DNA of 64,000 bases from Acetobacteraceae bacterium (GCA_040399685.1 JBBART010000012.1:52673-116672); one strand, 5' to 3'. Positions 40,625 to 49,621 are shown, numbered from the stretch's first letter. The notes: a model not told the origin generated them from the letters alone. A program made the numbers and translations.

Positions 40625-42562
40625 ATGCCCGATATTTTCTCGCTTTCCGCCCCGTGCGCCGTTGCGCCAGATGTCGCGATCGCGCTGTTGCCCGCACGCA
40701 CTGAGTCTCGTCTCCGCACAACAGCATCCGGTAAGCGCGCCGTTACGCGAAAGAAGCTGCATCGGTTGCTGAACATGCAAGAAGATGGGCCGGGACAGGC
40801 AGTATCGGCAGTGTGGTTGGATGACGTTCGGGAAATCGAGTTGCGTGGCCAAGAGTTGGATGAAACCCACGCCCGTCTGGACGAGGCGCTTAACATGATG
40901 CCGCATGGGCTGATCATGTTCGATGCCGATCTGCGGGTGGTGCTGTGCAATCGGCAACTGCGCGCACTGTTTCGCTTCGATCCGGACATCGTGCGTCCGG
41001 GCGCCACTTTGGCCCAGGTGTTGGCCCATTCCATCGACGTGGGAAATCATCCTGGCGCCACGTTTGCGGACGTGTCGGCGGAGATGGCGGCACTGGCAGC
41101 GTCCGGAACCGGACGGAGTTTTCAGCAGTCACTGCCGGATTGTCGCCTGGTGTCCGTGGATTGGAAGCCGATGCAAGGCGGCGGCTGGGTGTGCACGTAT
41201 GAGGATATCACGGCACGAGAGGCCGCCACCGCGCGCGCCGCGCATCTCGTGCGGCATGACGCAGTGACTGATCTTCCCAACCGCAAGGCGCTTCTGGAAG
41301 CGATCGCGGCCGCCTGGCCGCAGCGGCGTGCCGCTGGTTTCAGCCTGCTGACGCTTGAAATCGACCGGTTCCGGGGGATTTGCGACATCTGCGGTCATGC
41401 CAACGGTGACGCGGTTCTCCAGCAGGTAGCAACGCGAATCATGGGATGCATGCGCCAGTCCGACACGTTGGCCCATACGGGCGGCGCCGGCTTTGCCGTG
41501 CTCCTGCACGCACCCGCATCATGGGATGTGGCGCTGCGCATGCGGTCGCGACTGGTTGAAGCCTTGCTTGAGCCGGTATTGATTGACGGGCACGTGTTGA
41601 CGGTTTCCGCCTCGATGGGGATCGCGGTGCCAGCCAGTGCCCGGGCGGGCGCGTCGCCCCTGGCCGGTGCGGAGGAAGTCTTGCGCAACGCCACATTGGC
41701 GATGCACCGCGCGTCTGCCGGTGGCTATGGCCGGGCCCAGGTCTATGGGCCGATCATGGATCAGAATGCCAAGGCGCGGCACGCGCTGGAGGTGGATTTG
41801 CGCGGCGCGCTGGCGGCCAATCAGTTCGAGGTCCATTACCAGCCTTTGGTCAGCGTCCTGTCCCAGGTTGTCACTGGGTTCGAGGCGCTGCTGCGCTGGC
41901 GGCATCCAACGCGCGGGCTGGTTTCGCCTGGCGAATTCATTCCGTTGGCAGAGGAATTGGGGCTGATCGCCAACATCGGTGCCTGGGTTTTGCGCACCGC
42001 CTGTGCTGAAGCAGCAACATGGCCGAGCCCCGTGCGGGTGGCGGTCAATCTGTCGCCGCATCAATTCACCGACGTCACGTGCGGCTCGCTGCCGGCCATC
42101 GTGGCCAGTGTTCTCGCGGATACCGGATTGCCCGGTTTTCGGCTGGAGCTGGAAATAACCGAATCTGTTCGCCTGCAGGATGACACGGCCACGCTGGACA
42201 TTCTGCATGCCCTGCGCGAACTCGGCGCACGGATTTCGCTGGATGATTTCGGCACGGGCTATTCGTCGTTGAGCTATCTGCGTTGCTTCCCGTTCGACAA
42301 AATCAAGATCGACCAATCCTTCGTGCGCAGCCTTCCTTCCGCCGAAGCCACGGCTATTGTCCGCGCCGTGGCGTCGCTTGGCGCCAGCCTCGGGATTGCC
42401 ACCGTGGCCGAGGGCGTGGAGACGCAGGCGCAACTGGCCGCCCTCGTCGCGGAATCATGTGACGAGATGCAAGGTTACCTGTTCAGCCGGCCGCGCCCGG
42501 CGGCTGATGTGCCAGAGCTTCTGACGCAAGCCCTGGCGGAGCTTCGGCCGCTGCCAGTTTGA
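40625..42562 (+). CDS. PAS - GGDEF(degenerate) - EAL c-di-GMP phosphodiesterase-type protein
   Basis: PAS block GLIMFDADLRVVLCN...YEDITAREAA. The GGDEF site reads GGAGF, preceded by RQSD. EAL-domain residues are intact: EALLRW, NLSP, ELEITES, DDFGTGYSSL, KIDQSF, EGVET, QGYLFSRP. The N-terminal start is uncertain. Confidence 0.85.
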   Translation: MPDIFSLSAPCAVAPDVAIALLPARTESRLRTTASGKRAVTRKKLHRLLNMQEDGPGQAVSAVWLDDVREIELRGQELDETHARLDEALNMMPHGLIMFDADLRVVLCNRQLRALFRFDPDIVRPGATLAQVLAHSIDVGNHPGATFADVSAEMAALAASGTGRSFQQSLPDCRLVSVDWKPMQGGGWVCTYEDITAREAATARAAHLVRHDAVTDLPNRKALLEAIAAAWPQRRAAGFSLLTLEIDRFRGICDICGHANGDAVLQQVATRIMGCMRQSDTLAHTGGAGFAVLLHAPASWDVALRMRSRLVEALLEPVLIDGHVLTVSASMGIAVPASARAGASPLAGAEEVLRNATLAMHRASAGGYGRAQVYGPIMDQNAKARHALEVDLRGALAANQFEVHYQPLVSVLSQVVTGFEALLRWRHPTRGLVSPGEFIPLAEELGLIANIGAWVLRTACAEAATWPSPVRVAVNLSPHQFTDVTCGSLPAIVASVLADTGLPGFRLELEITESVRLQDDTATLDILHALRELGARISLDDFGTGYSSLSYLRCFPFDKIKIDQSFVRSLPSAEATAIVRAVASLGASLGIATVAEGVETQAQLAALVAESCDEMQGYLFSRPRPAADVPELLTQALAELRPLPV

Positions 42563-43847
42563 TGTTGGCCGGTTTGGCGAGGCTGTGGCGATAGGATGTC
42601 TGCCGGATGACCCGGGCCGTATCCGCCGGCAGGAGGGCGTTGACCACGTCGTGCATGCGCCCGATCTCGGCCAGCATGGCCGGCGCAGGCAATGTGGCGG
42701 TGGCGCTGGCACGGTGGCGGCGATGCGTATTGAGCGGGGCCGCCAGATAGCCGACGCGCCCGGTGCTGTGGCCGAGTATGTCGACATACAGCCGCCAATC
42801 ACCGGCCACCTTCCATTGCGGCAGTTCGTTGGCGCACCGCGCCAGTGCGTCCCGCAAGGCCTGGGTTCGAAACACCACGGCGCTGGCATTGAGGATGGTG
42901 TTGCGTTCGGACAGGCAATCCCGAACAAACACATCCGCGCTGAACACGCCGTCCCTGGCCAGCAGGCCGGGGCCGATGCTGCGATAATATTCCTTGTAGT
43001 CGGCCATCATCGTCTCGCCGTGGTCGTTGACCGCGTGGCTATCGCAGAAGGCGATGTCGATGTCGGGATGGGCCGCCAGCATGGCCGCCAGCCGCGCCAG
43101 AAGCTCCGGATGGGCGCTGTCATCGGCCTCGGCGATCCACAGATAGTCGCCCCGAGCGATCAGGGCGGCGCGTTGCCATTGCAGGAACACGTTGCCGCCG
43201 TTGGTGGCCTGGGCCTCCAGCCGGATGGTGCGCCGCCAATCCAGTGCGACGGCACGCGCCACCGCCACGCTGTCATCGGTGGAACCGTCATCGAGCACGA
43301 TCACCTCTTCCACAGGGTGGGTTTGGGTGAAGATCGAGCGCAGGCGTTCTGGCATGAAACGGGCGTAGTTGTGACTGGGCACAACCGCGGAAATGCGTGG
43401 CGCCAGCGGATCGCGTAATTCGGCCAGCAATTCGGCGGTGTAGGCGGCAAAGTCGAACCGCGCCGTTGCTGCGGCGGCGCGGGTTGGCCGCTGGGCCGAA
43501 TCCTGTCCAGCGGCCAGCGCCATCAACGCCTGCGCCAACGCGCCTGTGTCTGACAGTGGCACCACCGATCCGGCGTCTTGGCCTGCGGCCTCCAGCAAGC
43601 TGGCAATGCCGCCGCTGCCGGCAAACGCGGCCACCGAGATGCCGCTTGCCATCGCCTCCAGCGCCACCGAGGGAAATGGGTCCTCGCGGGAGGTGAGGGC
43701 GAACACGTCCGCCGCACTCAGCCAATCCGACATGTTTGATTGGAAACCGGGCAGATGAACGCGCCCAGTGGCAAGCGCAGCCTCGATCTCGGGGGCCAGA
43801 TACGCTGTCAGTTGCGGGGCCACCGCACCGATCCAGCAGAAATGCAT
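42483..43847 (-). CDS. glycosyltransferase, distal part of an interrupted multidomain gene (C-terminal half of GT4 module plus GT2 module)
   Basis: FALTSREDPFPSVALEAMASGISVAAF is the GT4 E-x7-E region. ISAVVPSHNYARFMPERLRSIFTQTHPVEEVIVLDDGSTDDS and WIAEADD are GT2 (GT-A) motifs. It is in frame with the upstream ORF across a single TAA. Confidence 0.75.
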   Translation of the reverse strand: MHFCWIGAVAPQLTAYLAPEIEAALATGRVHLPGFQSNMSDWLSAADVFALTSREDPFPSVALEAMASGISVAAFAGSGGIASLLEAAGQDAGSVVPLSDTGALAQALMALAAGQDSAQRPTRAAAATARFDFAAYTAELLAELRDPLAPRISAVVPSHNYARFMPERLRSIFTQTHPVEEVIVLDDGSTDDSVAVARAVALDWRRTIRLEAQATNGGNVFLQWQRAALIARGDYLWIAEADDSAHPELLARLAAMLAAHPDIDIAFCDSHAVNDHGETMMADYKEYYRSIGPGLLARDGVFSADVFVRDCLSERNTILNASAVVFRTQALRDALARCANELPQWKVAGDWRLYVDILGHSTGRVGYLAAPLNTHRRHRASATATLPAPAMLAEIGRMHDVVNALLPADTARVIRQTSYRHSLAKPANIKLAAAEAPPGLASEALAHQPPGAAG

Positions 43848-43856
43848 CAGCCGATT

Positions 43857-46334
43857 TTACCGCAGCACCAGACGCGCGGTTTGCAGGAACAGGTCGAAGC
43901 CCTTGCGCATGTCGCCATAGCCGGCGCCCAGCACCAGGGACGCCTGCGGATCGATGTCGAGTTGTTGGCGCACCCGTGCGCGGGCGGCCGTGTCGAAGGT
44001 GATCGACGTGTAGAGCCCTTGCGGCAGGATGCGCATGCGAGCCGGGTCCAGCGTGTCCACGGCGGGGCAGGCATCGCGCACGCAGGCCGCTGGAAAAATC
44101 ACGCGCGCGGCCAGTGCCGCACCGGCCCGCAGGCCCGGCAGCATGTTGTGCTCAGCCATCACGCGGGGCAGTTCATGCACCAACAACACCGCCTCGATGC
44201 CCGCGCGCTTCAGCAACGGGATGACGCGTGCCGCGCTGCTGGTGTTGACCAAGGCGTGGGTGATGCCGCCGCGAGCGGCCGCTGCGATTCGTTCGGCAAT
44301 CCTGGCCTTGTCGGGGGCGACATGGGTGGGGGCGGCGGCATTGTATTCCCCCAGCAAGGTGCCGTCGCCGAGCAGCAGGAACTCCACGCCCATTCCGTGC
44401 GCCGCTACCAGCTGGCGGCCGATGTGCAACAGCAGCATCTGGGCGCCGGCGGCAAATGCATCATGCCCCACCAGCAATACCTTCGCGCCCTGATCCGCCG
44501 ATTGCATCTTGGCTACCGCCCTGCCGGTGGCGTTCAGATAGGCAGCGCCAAAATGCACATCCGGCTCCAGATAGGCGCCTTCGGCCCATTCGTTCCAGGC
44601 GTTGACGCACACAATCCGCTCGCCATGGAACAACTGCCCCGCGCTGCGATCGACCAGCGCTTCCAGCCAGGCTCGGTATTTAGCCGGGGTGGAGCCGTGC
44701 AGCACCATGCCCATACCCTCGCGCCTGGCGTCATTGTCCCAGCCCGGCACTGCTGTCTTGATCAGCGGATAGGCGGGCGGCGGCTCGGCCAGCGATGCTG
44801 CTGCGATGTCGTCATACGCATAGACCTGGCCACGGGCTGCTGGGTCGAACGAGCGGAGTTTCTGGCTTATTGTGTGAAGCTTGGTGGTGAGCTTGTGGGG
44901 CGGAAATTCGATGGCGCCGTCAAACCCATAGTCGCGCGGGTCATTTTCGCCAAAGCTTTGCGCCATCACGAGGATTGGATCTTCGTTGTAGTGCATCGAG
45001 AACGAATCCCGCCACCGCGCGAGGGTGTTGGCGCAATCCGGGATCAATCCTGCCCGATAGATCATCAGCACCGGCCTGCCGGACAGTCGGATATAGCGTG
45101 GATCGGCGAAGTGGCGGGCAAAGCAGGCGAGCAAGGCCGGCTCGTCCTCGATGCGCCAATCCTGGCTGATCAGCACCTCGTTGTCCGAACCGTCCCACCG
45201 CCGGGTCCAGTTCTCGTTTGCCCACATCAGGCAGAACGGGAAATCCAGGCTTTGGTCGGCCAGCAACGTTTCCAGCGGCCGTTCAAGCAGGCGGCGGCCG
45301 TTGAACCAATAGAAATACTGTACGAAACCGAACACGCCGGCATCGCGTGCCAGGGCGATCTGACGGCGCAGGGTTTCGGCGTCGGTCAGGTTGTAGTGGC
45401 CGAGATCGCGCGGGATGCGTGGTTGATAATGGCCGTCAAAGCGCGGCATGCCACGTGAGATCGCGGTCCATTCGGTAAATCCGGTGCCCCACCATTCATC
45501 GTTTTCCGCCACGGCGTGAAATTGCGGCAGGTAATAGGCCAACAGCTTGGCATGACGCGGGGCGGTGCGCGGCAATGGCTGCACCGTCTCGAATTCGGCG
45601 CCGGGGCGGCTGTTGCGGCGTACCTGTTCGAACACGCTCGCATCACCCGGCGGGGCCTTGGTGTGCAGCCGCAGGACATGGCGCCACTGCCGCCAATGCA
45701 GCAACGGGTTCTGGTCGGGGGCATCCACCAGATAGCGATGCATGTAGAACTTGGAATCGAAGCTGGCCGAGGGATCGCGGCCCTCGCGATATCCATAGCG
45801 CAGGTAATGATCGAACGGATCGATTCCGGCGGCTGCGATGTCGCGGTTCGACGTGAGATAAAATGCAACATCGAAATCCGGCAAGGGGCTGACGGTTCCC
45901 GTGGTGCGCATTGACAGGAAATGCGCCAGCGGCGACATGCTTGGCGTGACAGGCTGGTTCGCGGCATACCAGCTGAGATCGAACACTGCCGAAGGCTGCA
46001 AGAAGCAGGCTTCGCCGGCCAAGATATAGTGCAGCAAAGGATTAATGCCGGCCTGCGCCACGTCGCGATTCGCGGCGAGGTAGTATTCCACGTCAAAATA
46101 GGGATTGGGCCGGCGGCCTTCCTGCCAGCCCTGGTGGAGGAAATGCAGCACGGGATCTCGTCCGCTGGCCACCACATCGGGATTTTGGCGACCATACCAG
46201 TCCACGTCGAACAGCCCTGATTGGCGGATCAACTCCGCTCCATCATCCCGTTCGGTCGTGATCGGCTCGATTTTGGTGCCAGTGGAGATGAGGTTCAGTT
46301 CCGGCATGCGATGGTTTAATGAGATCTCGTTCAT
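43857..46334 (-). CDS. polysaccharide biosynthesis protein, proximal part of an interrupted multidomain gene (5 tandem repeats, WbsX-like domain, N-terminal half of GT4 module)
   Basis: YYLPQFHAVAENDEWWGTGFTEWT and LMWANENWTRRWDG match the WbsX-type glycosyltransferase domain. The C-terminus LVLGAGYGDMRKGFDLF is the start of a Glycos_transf_1 domain. Confidence 0.8.
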   Translation of the reverse strand: MNEISLNHRMPELNLISTGTKIEPITTERDDGAELIRQSGLFDVDWYGRQNPDVVASGRDPVLHFLHQGWQEGRRPNPYFDVEYYLAANRDVAQAGINPLLHYILAGEACFLQPSAVFDLSWYAANQPVTPSMSPLAHFLSMRTTGTVSPLPDFDVAFYLTSNRDIAAAGIDPFDHYLRYGYREGRDPSASFDSKFYMHRYLVDAPDQNPLLHWRQWRHVLRLHTKAPPGDASVFEQVRRNSRPGAEFETVQPLPRTAPRHAKLLAYYLPQFHAVAENDEWWGTGFTEWTAISRGMPRFDGHYQPRIPRDLGHYNLTDAETLRRQIALARDAGVFGFVQYFYWFNGRRLLERPLETLLADQSLDFPFCLMWANENWTRRWDGSDNEVLISQDWRIEDEPALLACFARHFADPRYIRLSGRPVLMIYRAGLIPDCANTLARWRDSFSMHYNEDPILVMAQSFGENDPRDYGFDGAIEFPPHKLTTKLHTISQKLRSFDPAARGQVYAYDDIAAASLAEPPPAYPLIKTAVPGWDNDARREGMGMVLHGSTPAKYRAWLEALVDRSAGQLFHGERIVCVNAWNEWAEGAYLEPDVHFGAAYLNATGRAVAKMQSADQGAKVLLVGHDAFAAGAQMLLLHIGRQLVAAHGMGVEFLLLGDGTLLGEYNAAAPTHVAPDKARIAERIAAAARGGITHALVNTSSAARVIPLLKRAGIEAVLLVHELPRVMAEHNMLPGLRAGAALAARVIFPAACVRDACPAVDTLDPARMRILPQGLYTSITFDTAARARVRQQLDIDPQASLVLGAGYGDMRKGFDLFLQTARLVLR

Positions 46335-46652
46335 TTACAACGCTTTCGTCAGATTAAAGCCGAAAACAGAGGCTGTTGGTTCGCAATTGAAAAACAACAA
46401 GTGGTTATACTTATCTATTTTCGAAGTTTGATTGAGATGTTTTGTTATTTTATTTTAACAAATACAGAAATTTCGGTTCCAGGTTCAATTCGAAAAACCA
46501 TAGAATTTTTCTATTAACGTCGCATTAACGGGTGCCAGACGCCGGGTTGGCGTGTGTTTAAAATGGCCTTGTCTTACCCGGCCTGGCCGGCTGGTTTCTT
46601 CGGGCCGGTGATCATGCAATGGTCGGCCGCAATCACAGGCTTGGAGCGTGAC

Positions 46653-47660
46653 ATGGACTATCGCAATCTGGGCCGCAGCGGCCTCAAGGTCTCGCCGATT
46701 TGCCTGGGCACCATGATGTTCGGCGGCGCCACGGACGCAGCCACCGCCCAACGCATCATCCATTCCGCCCGCGCCGAGGGCGTGAATTTCATCGATACGG
46801 CGGACGTCTACAACGATGGCGCGTCCGAGGAGATCACCGGACGTGCTGTCAGCGCCAACCGAAGCTGGTGGGTGCTGGCCACGAAACTGGCCAACCCGAC
46901 CGAACCCGGCCCCAACGGCCGCGGCCTGTCGCGCCGCTATATGATGCGCGCGGCCGAGGCCAGTCTGACGCGGCTCGGCACCGACGTGATCGACATTCTT
47001 TATCTGCACAAGGAAGACCATCAAACCCCACTGGAGGAGATTGTCCACGCGCTGGCCGATCTGATCCGGCATGGCAAGATCCGCCATTTCGGCGTCTCCA
47101 ACCATCGTGCCTGGCGCGTGGCGGAGATCTGCCGACTGTGCGATCTGGCAGGCATCGACCGGCCGGTGATCAGCCAGCCGTATTACAACGCCCTGAACCG
47201 TATGCCGGAGGTGGAGCACCTGCCCGCCTGCGCCCATCTCGGCCTGGGTGTTTTCCCTTATTCGCCACTGGCGCGCGGCATTCTCACCGGCAAATACACG
47301 CCGGACCTGCCACCACCCATCGGCACCCGCGCCGGCCGGCAGGACAAGCGCATTCTGGAGACGGAATGGCGGCCTGAAAGCCTTGCGATCGCCAAAACCC
47401 TCGCCGCACACGCCACCCAGCGCGGCATCACGCCGGGCCAGTTTGCACTGGCCTGGGTGCTGAACAACAGGCTGGTCACCGGCGCTGTCACCGGCCCACG
47501 GACCGAGGCGCACTGGGCCGACTATACCGGCGCGCTGGCCTATCGCTTCACGGCCGAGGACGAGGCGCTGGTGGACAGGCTGGTGGTGCCGGGGCACCCC
47601 TCAACCCCTGGCTACAACGACCCCGCCTATCCGCTCGAAGGCCGGATTTCGCGCGCATGA
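46653..47660 (+). CDS. aldo/keto reductase
   Basis: MDYRNLGRSGLKVSPICLGTMMFG N-terminus, plus IDTADVY and HFGVSNH motifs. A ggag RBS precedes ATG 46653. Confidence 0.88.
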   Translation: MDYRNLGRSGLKVSPICLGTMMFGGATDAATAQRIIHSARAEGVNFIDTADVYNDGASEEITGRAVSANRSWWVLATKLANPTEPGPNGRGLSRRYMMRAAEASLTRLGTDVIDILYLHKEDHQTPLEEIVHALADLIRHGKIRHFGVSNHRAWRVAEICRLCDLAGIDRPVISQPYYNALNRMPEVEHLPACAHLGLGVFPYSPLARGILTGKYTPDLPPPIGTRAGRQDKRILETEWRPESLAIAKTLAAHATQRGITPGQFALAWVLNNRLVTGAVTGPRTEAHWADYTGALAYRFTAEDEALVDRLVVPGHPSTPGYNDPAYPLEGRISRA

Positions 47661-47738
47661 ACCTGATTTATTGTTGTCGCGGGTGGCGCGTGGGCGTTCT
47701 ATGCTGCCCTGCTGATCGATCGGCCGGATCTGGCGGCC

Positions 47739-47975
47739 GTGATCCGCCAGCCCTATCCGCTGGTGATTCATATCGGTTTCCTGGTGTTCTTCCTCGCTGC
47801 CGTTCTTTCCTTGTCGTTCCAAGAGATCCGAAACGCGAGTGCGCAATGGGTCAACGGGCCGAAGATCTATCTGCGCAACATCGGTGTCATCGCGCTCGGC
47901 GTGGGGCTGTTGATCTTTGCCAGCCGCGAGGTGCTGCACGGCGTCGACCCGAGCGGGGTTCGCCACCTGTGGTAG
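47739..47975 (+). CDS. small hypothetical membrane protein (start unresolved)
   Basis: Two clear hydrophobic helices downstream of GTG 47739. The same frame stays open and hydrophobic back to 47667 without a canonical start codon. Confidence 0.4.
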   Translation: MIRQPYPLVIHIGFLVFFLAAVLSLSFQEIRNASAQWVNGPKIYLRNIGVIALGVGLLIFASREVLHGVDPSGVRHLW

Positions 47976-47979
47976 CGGT

Positions 47980-48762
47980 TCAGCCGGCCGGTTTGCCGGT
48001 GAACAGCGGCGCCCGCTTGTCCAGAAACGCGCGGACGCCTTCCTGAAAATCGGGCGTGAAACCAGCCTGGCGCTGGAGATCGCGTTCGAGGTCCAGTTGC
48101 TGGTCGAAGCTGTTGGCGTTGCTGGCCGCATAGGCCTTGCGGGTCAGCAGCAGCGCCTGTGTCGGCAGCACTGCGAGCCGGGCGGCGAGAAGCTCGGCCT
48201 GGGGCATGAGGTCGATGTCGTCGACCACGCGATAGATCATGCCGATGGCTTCTGCGCGTTCGGCCGTCACGGGTTCGGCGAGCATGGCCAGGGCCCGGGC
48301 GCGGCCCTCGCCCACCAGTCGCGGCAGGTGATAGGTGCCGCCGGCATCTGGGATCAGGCCGATTTTTGAGAACTCCTGGATGAAGTTGGCCGAGCGGCCG
48401 GCCAGCACGATGTCGCAACCCAGCGCCAGATTGGCGCCCGCACCGGCCGCCACGCCGCCGACAGCGGCCACGCTCGGGATTTTCAGGGTGTGCAGCTTGC
48501 GCGCCAGCGGATTCCAACTGCGCTCGATTGCCGTCCCCAGATCGCCGTCGGGGGCGATGCCGGCCAGATCGGCCCCGGCGCAGAACGCGCGCCCACTGCC
48601 GGTCAGCACCACGCAGCGACAGTCAGGATCGGTCTCGGCGTCGGTGAGAGCTCCGATGAGGTCGTCAATGAGCGCGGGTGTCAGCGCGTTCATCTTGTCC
48701 GGGCGGTTCAGCGCGACGATGCGATAGCCGGCGCGGATGTCCACGCAGATGAGTTCGGACAC
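47980..48762 (-). CDS. enoyl-CoA hydratase/isomerase family protein (PaaG-like)
   Basis: 260 aa. Crotonase fold motifs VVLTGSGRAFCAGADL and GGVAAGAGANLALGCD. Confidence 0.88.
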   Translation of the reverse strand: MSELICVDIRAGYRIVALNRPDKMNALTPALIDDLIGALTDAETDPDCRCVVLTGSGRAFCAGADLAGIAPDGDLGTAIERSWNPLARKLHTLKIPSVAAVGGVAAGAGANLALGCDIVLAGRSANFIQEFSKIGLIPDAGGTYHLPRLVGEGRARALAMLAEPVTAERAEAIGMIYRVVDDIDLMPQAELLAARLAVLPTQALLLTRKAYAASNANSFDQQLDLERDLQRQAGFTPDFQEGVRAFLDKRAPLFTGKPAG

Positions 48763-48794
48763 GGTCTGCCTCCCTTGTTTTGGAGAAGCCTAGA

Positions 48795-49562
48795 TCAATC
48801 CGCGGCGGCGAGCGACCCATGCGCACGGGCAGACACAGCCCGGCCGAATGCCGCGAAGATGGCGGCGGAGACGGTGTCGGTCTCGAAATCGTATTCCGGG
48901 TGCCACTGCACGCCCACGGCAAAGCCGGGCGACGAGACAGCGCGAATGGCCTCGATCGTGCCATCCGGCGCCACGCCTTCGGCCACCAGGCCGGGCGCCA
49001 GGCGGTCGATGCCCTGGTTGTGCAGCGAGTTCACTGCAATCGTGGTGCTTCCGGCCACCCGGTGCAGCCAGGTGCCGGGCAGGATGCGCAGGTCGTGCGC
49101 CTTGCCTTGCCGCACGCGCGGGTTCGGCTGCATCGGGGTCGAGTGGTCCATGCGGCCGGGGAGATCCTGCAGCCGCTGGTGCAGGCTGCCGCCCATGGCC
49201 ACGTTGAATTCCTGCAACCCACGGCAGATGGCCAGCACCGGCACGCCCATGGCCACGGCTGCGCGGATCAGCGGCAGGGTGGTGGCGTCCCGCAAGGGAT
49301 CTTCCGGCGTGCCTTCGGCGTGGGCCGGGCCTTCGTAGAGGGATGGCTGCACGTTGGACCGGCTGCCGGTGAGGATAATGCCGTCCAGCCGCGCCAGCAG
49401 CGTTTCGATGTCAGCGTTGTCGCCATTGGCTGGCAGCAGCACCGGAACAGCGCCCACCACCTGGTCAGTGGCGCGGACATAGGTATCGGACGCTGCGTGG
49501 TTGTTCATTCCGAACACGCCGAACAGTTTGGTGCAGCAGGAGATGCCTACGAGCGGTTTCAT
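48795..49562 (-). CDS. gamma-glutamyl-GABA hydrolase-like class I glutamine amidotransferase (peptidase C26)
   Basis: The catalytic Cys lies in LAICRGLQEFNVAMGG, and His/Glu in GVQWHPEY. Confidence 0.85.
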   Translation of the reverse strand: MKPLVGISCCTKLFGVFGMNNHAASDTYVRATDQVVGAVPVLLPANGDNADIETLLARLDGIILTGSRSNVQPSLYEGPAHAEGTPEDPLRDATTLPLIRAAVAMGVPVLAICRGLQEFNVAMGGSLHQRLQDLPGRMDHSTPMQPNPRVRQGKAHDLRILPGTWLHRVAGSTTIAVNSLHNQGIDRLAPGLVAEGVAPDGTIEAIRAVSSPGFAVGVQWHPEYDFETDTVSAAIFAAFGRAVSARAHGSLAAAD

Positions 49563-49621
49563 TTTTACATCGTCCGGCACAAACGCGACAAAATAAAGTC
49601 AAAAGCGGGCTGCAATGGAGA

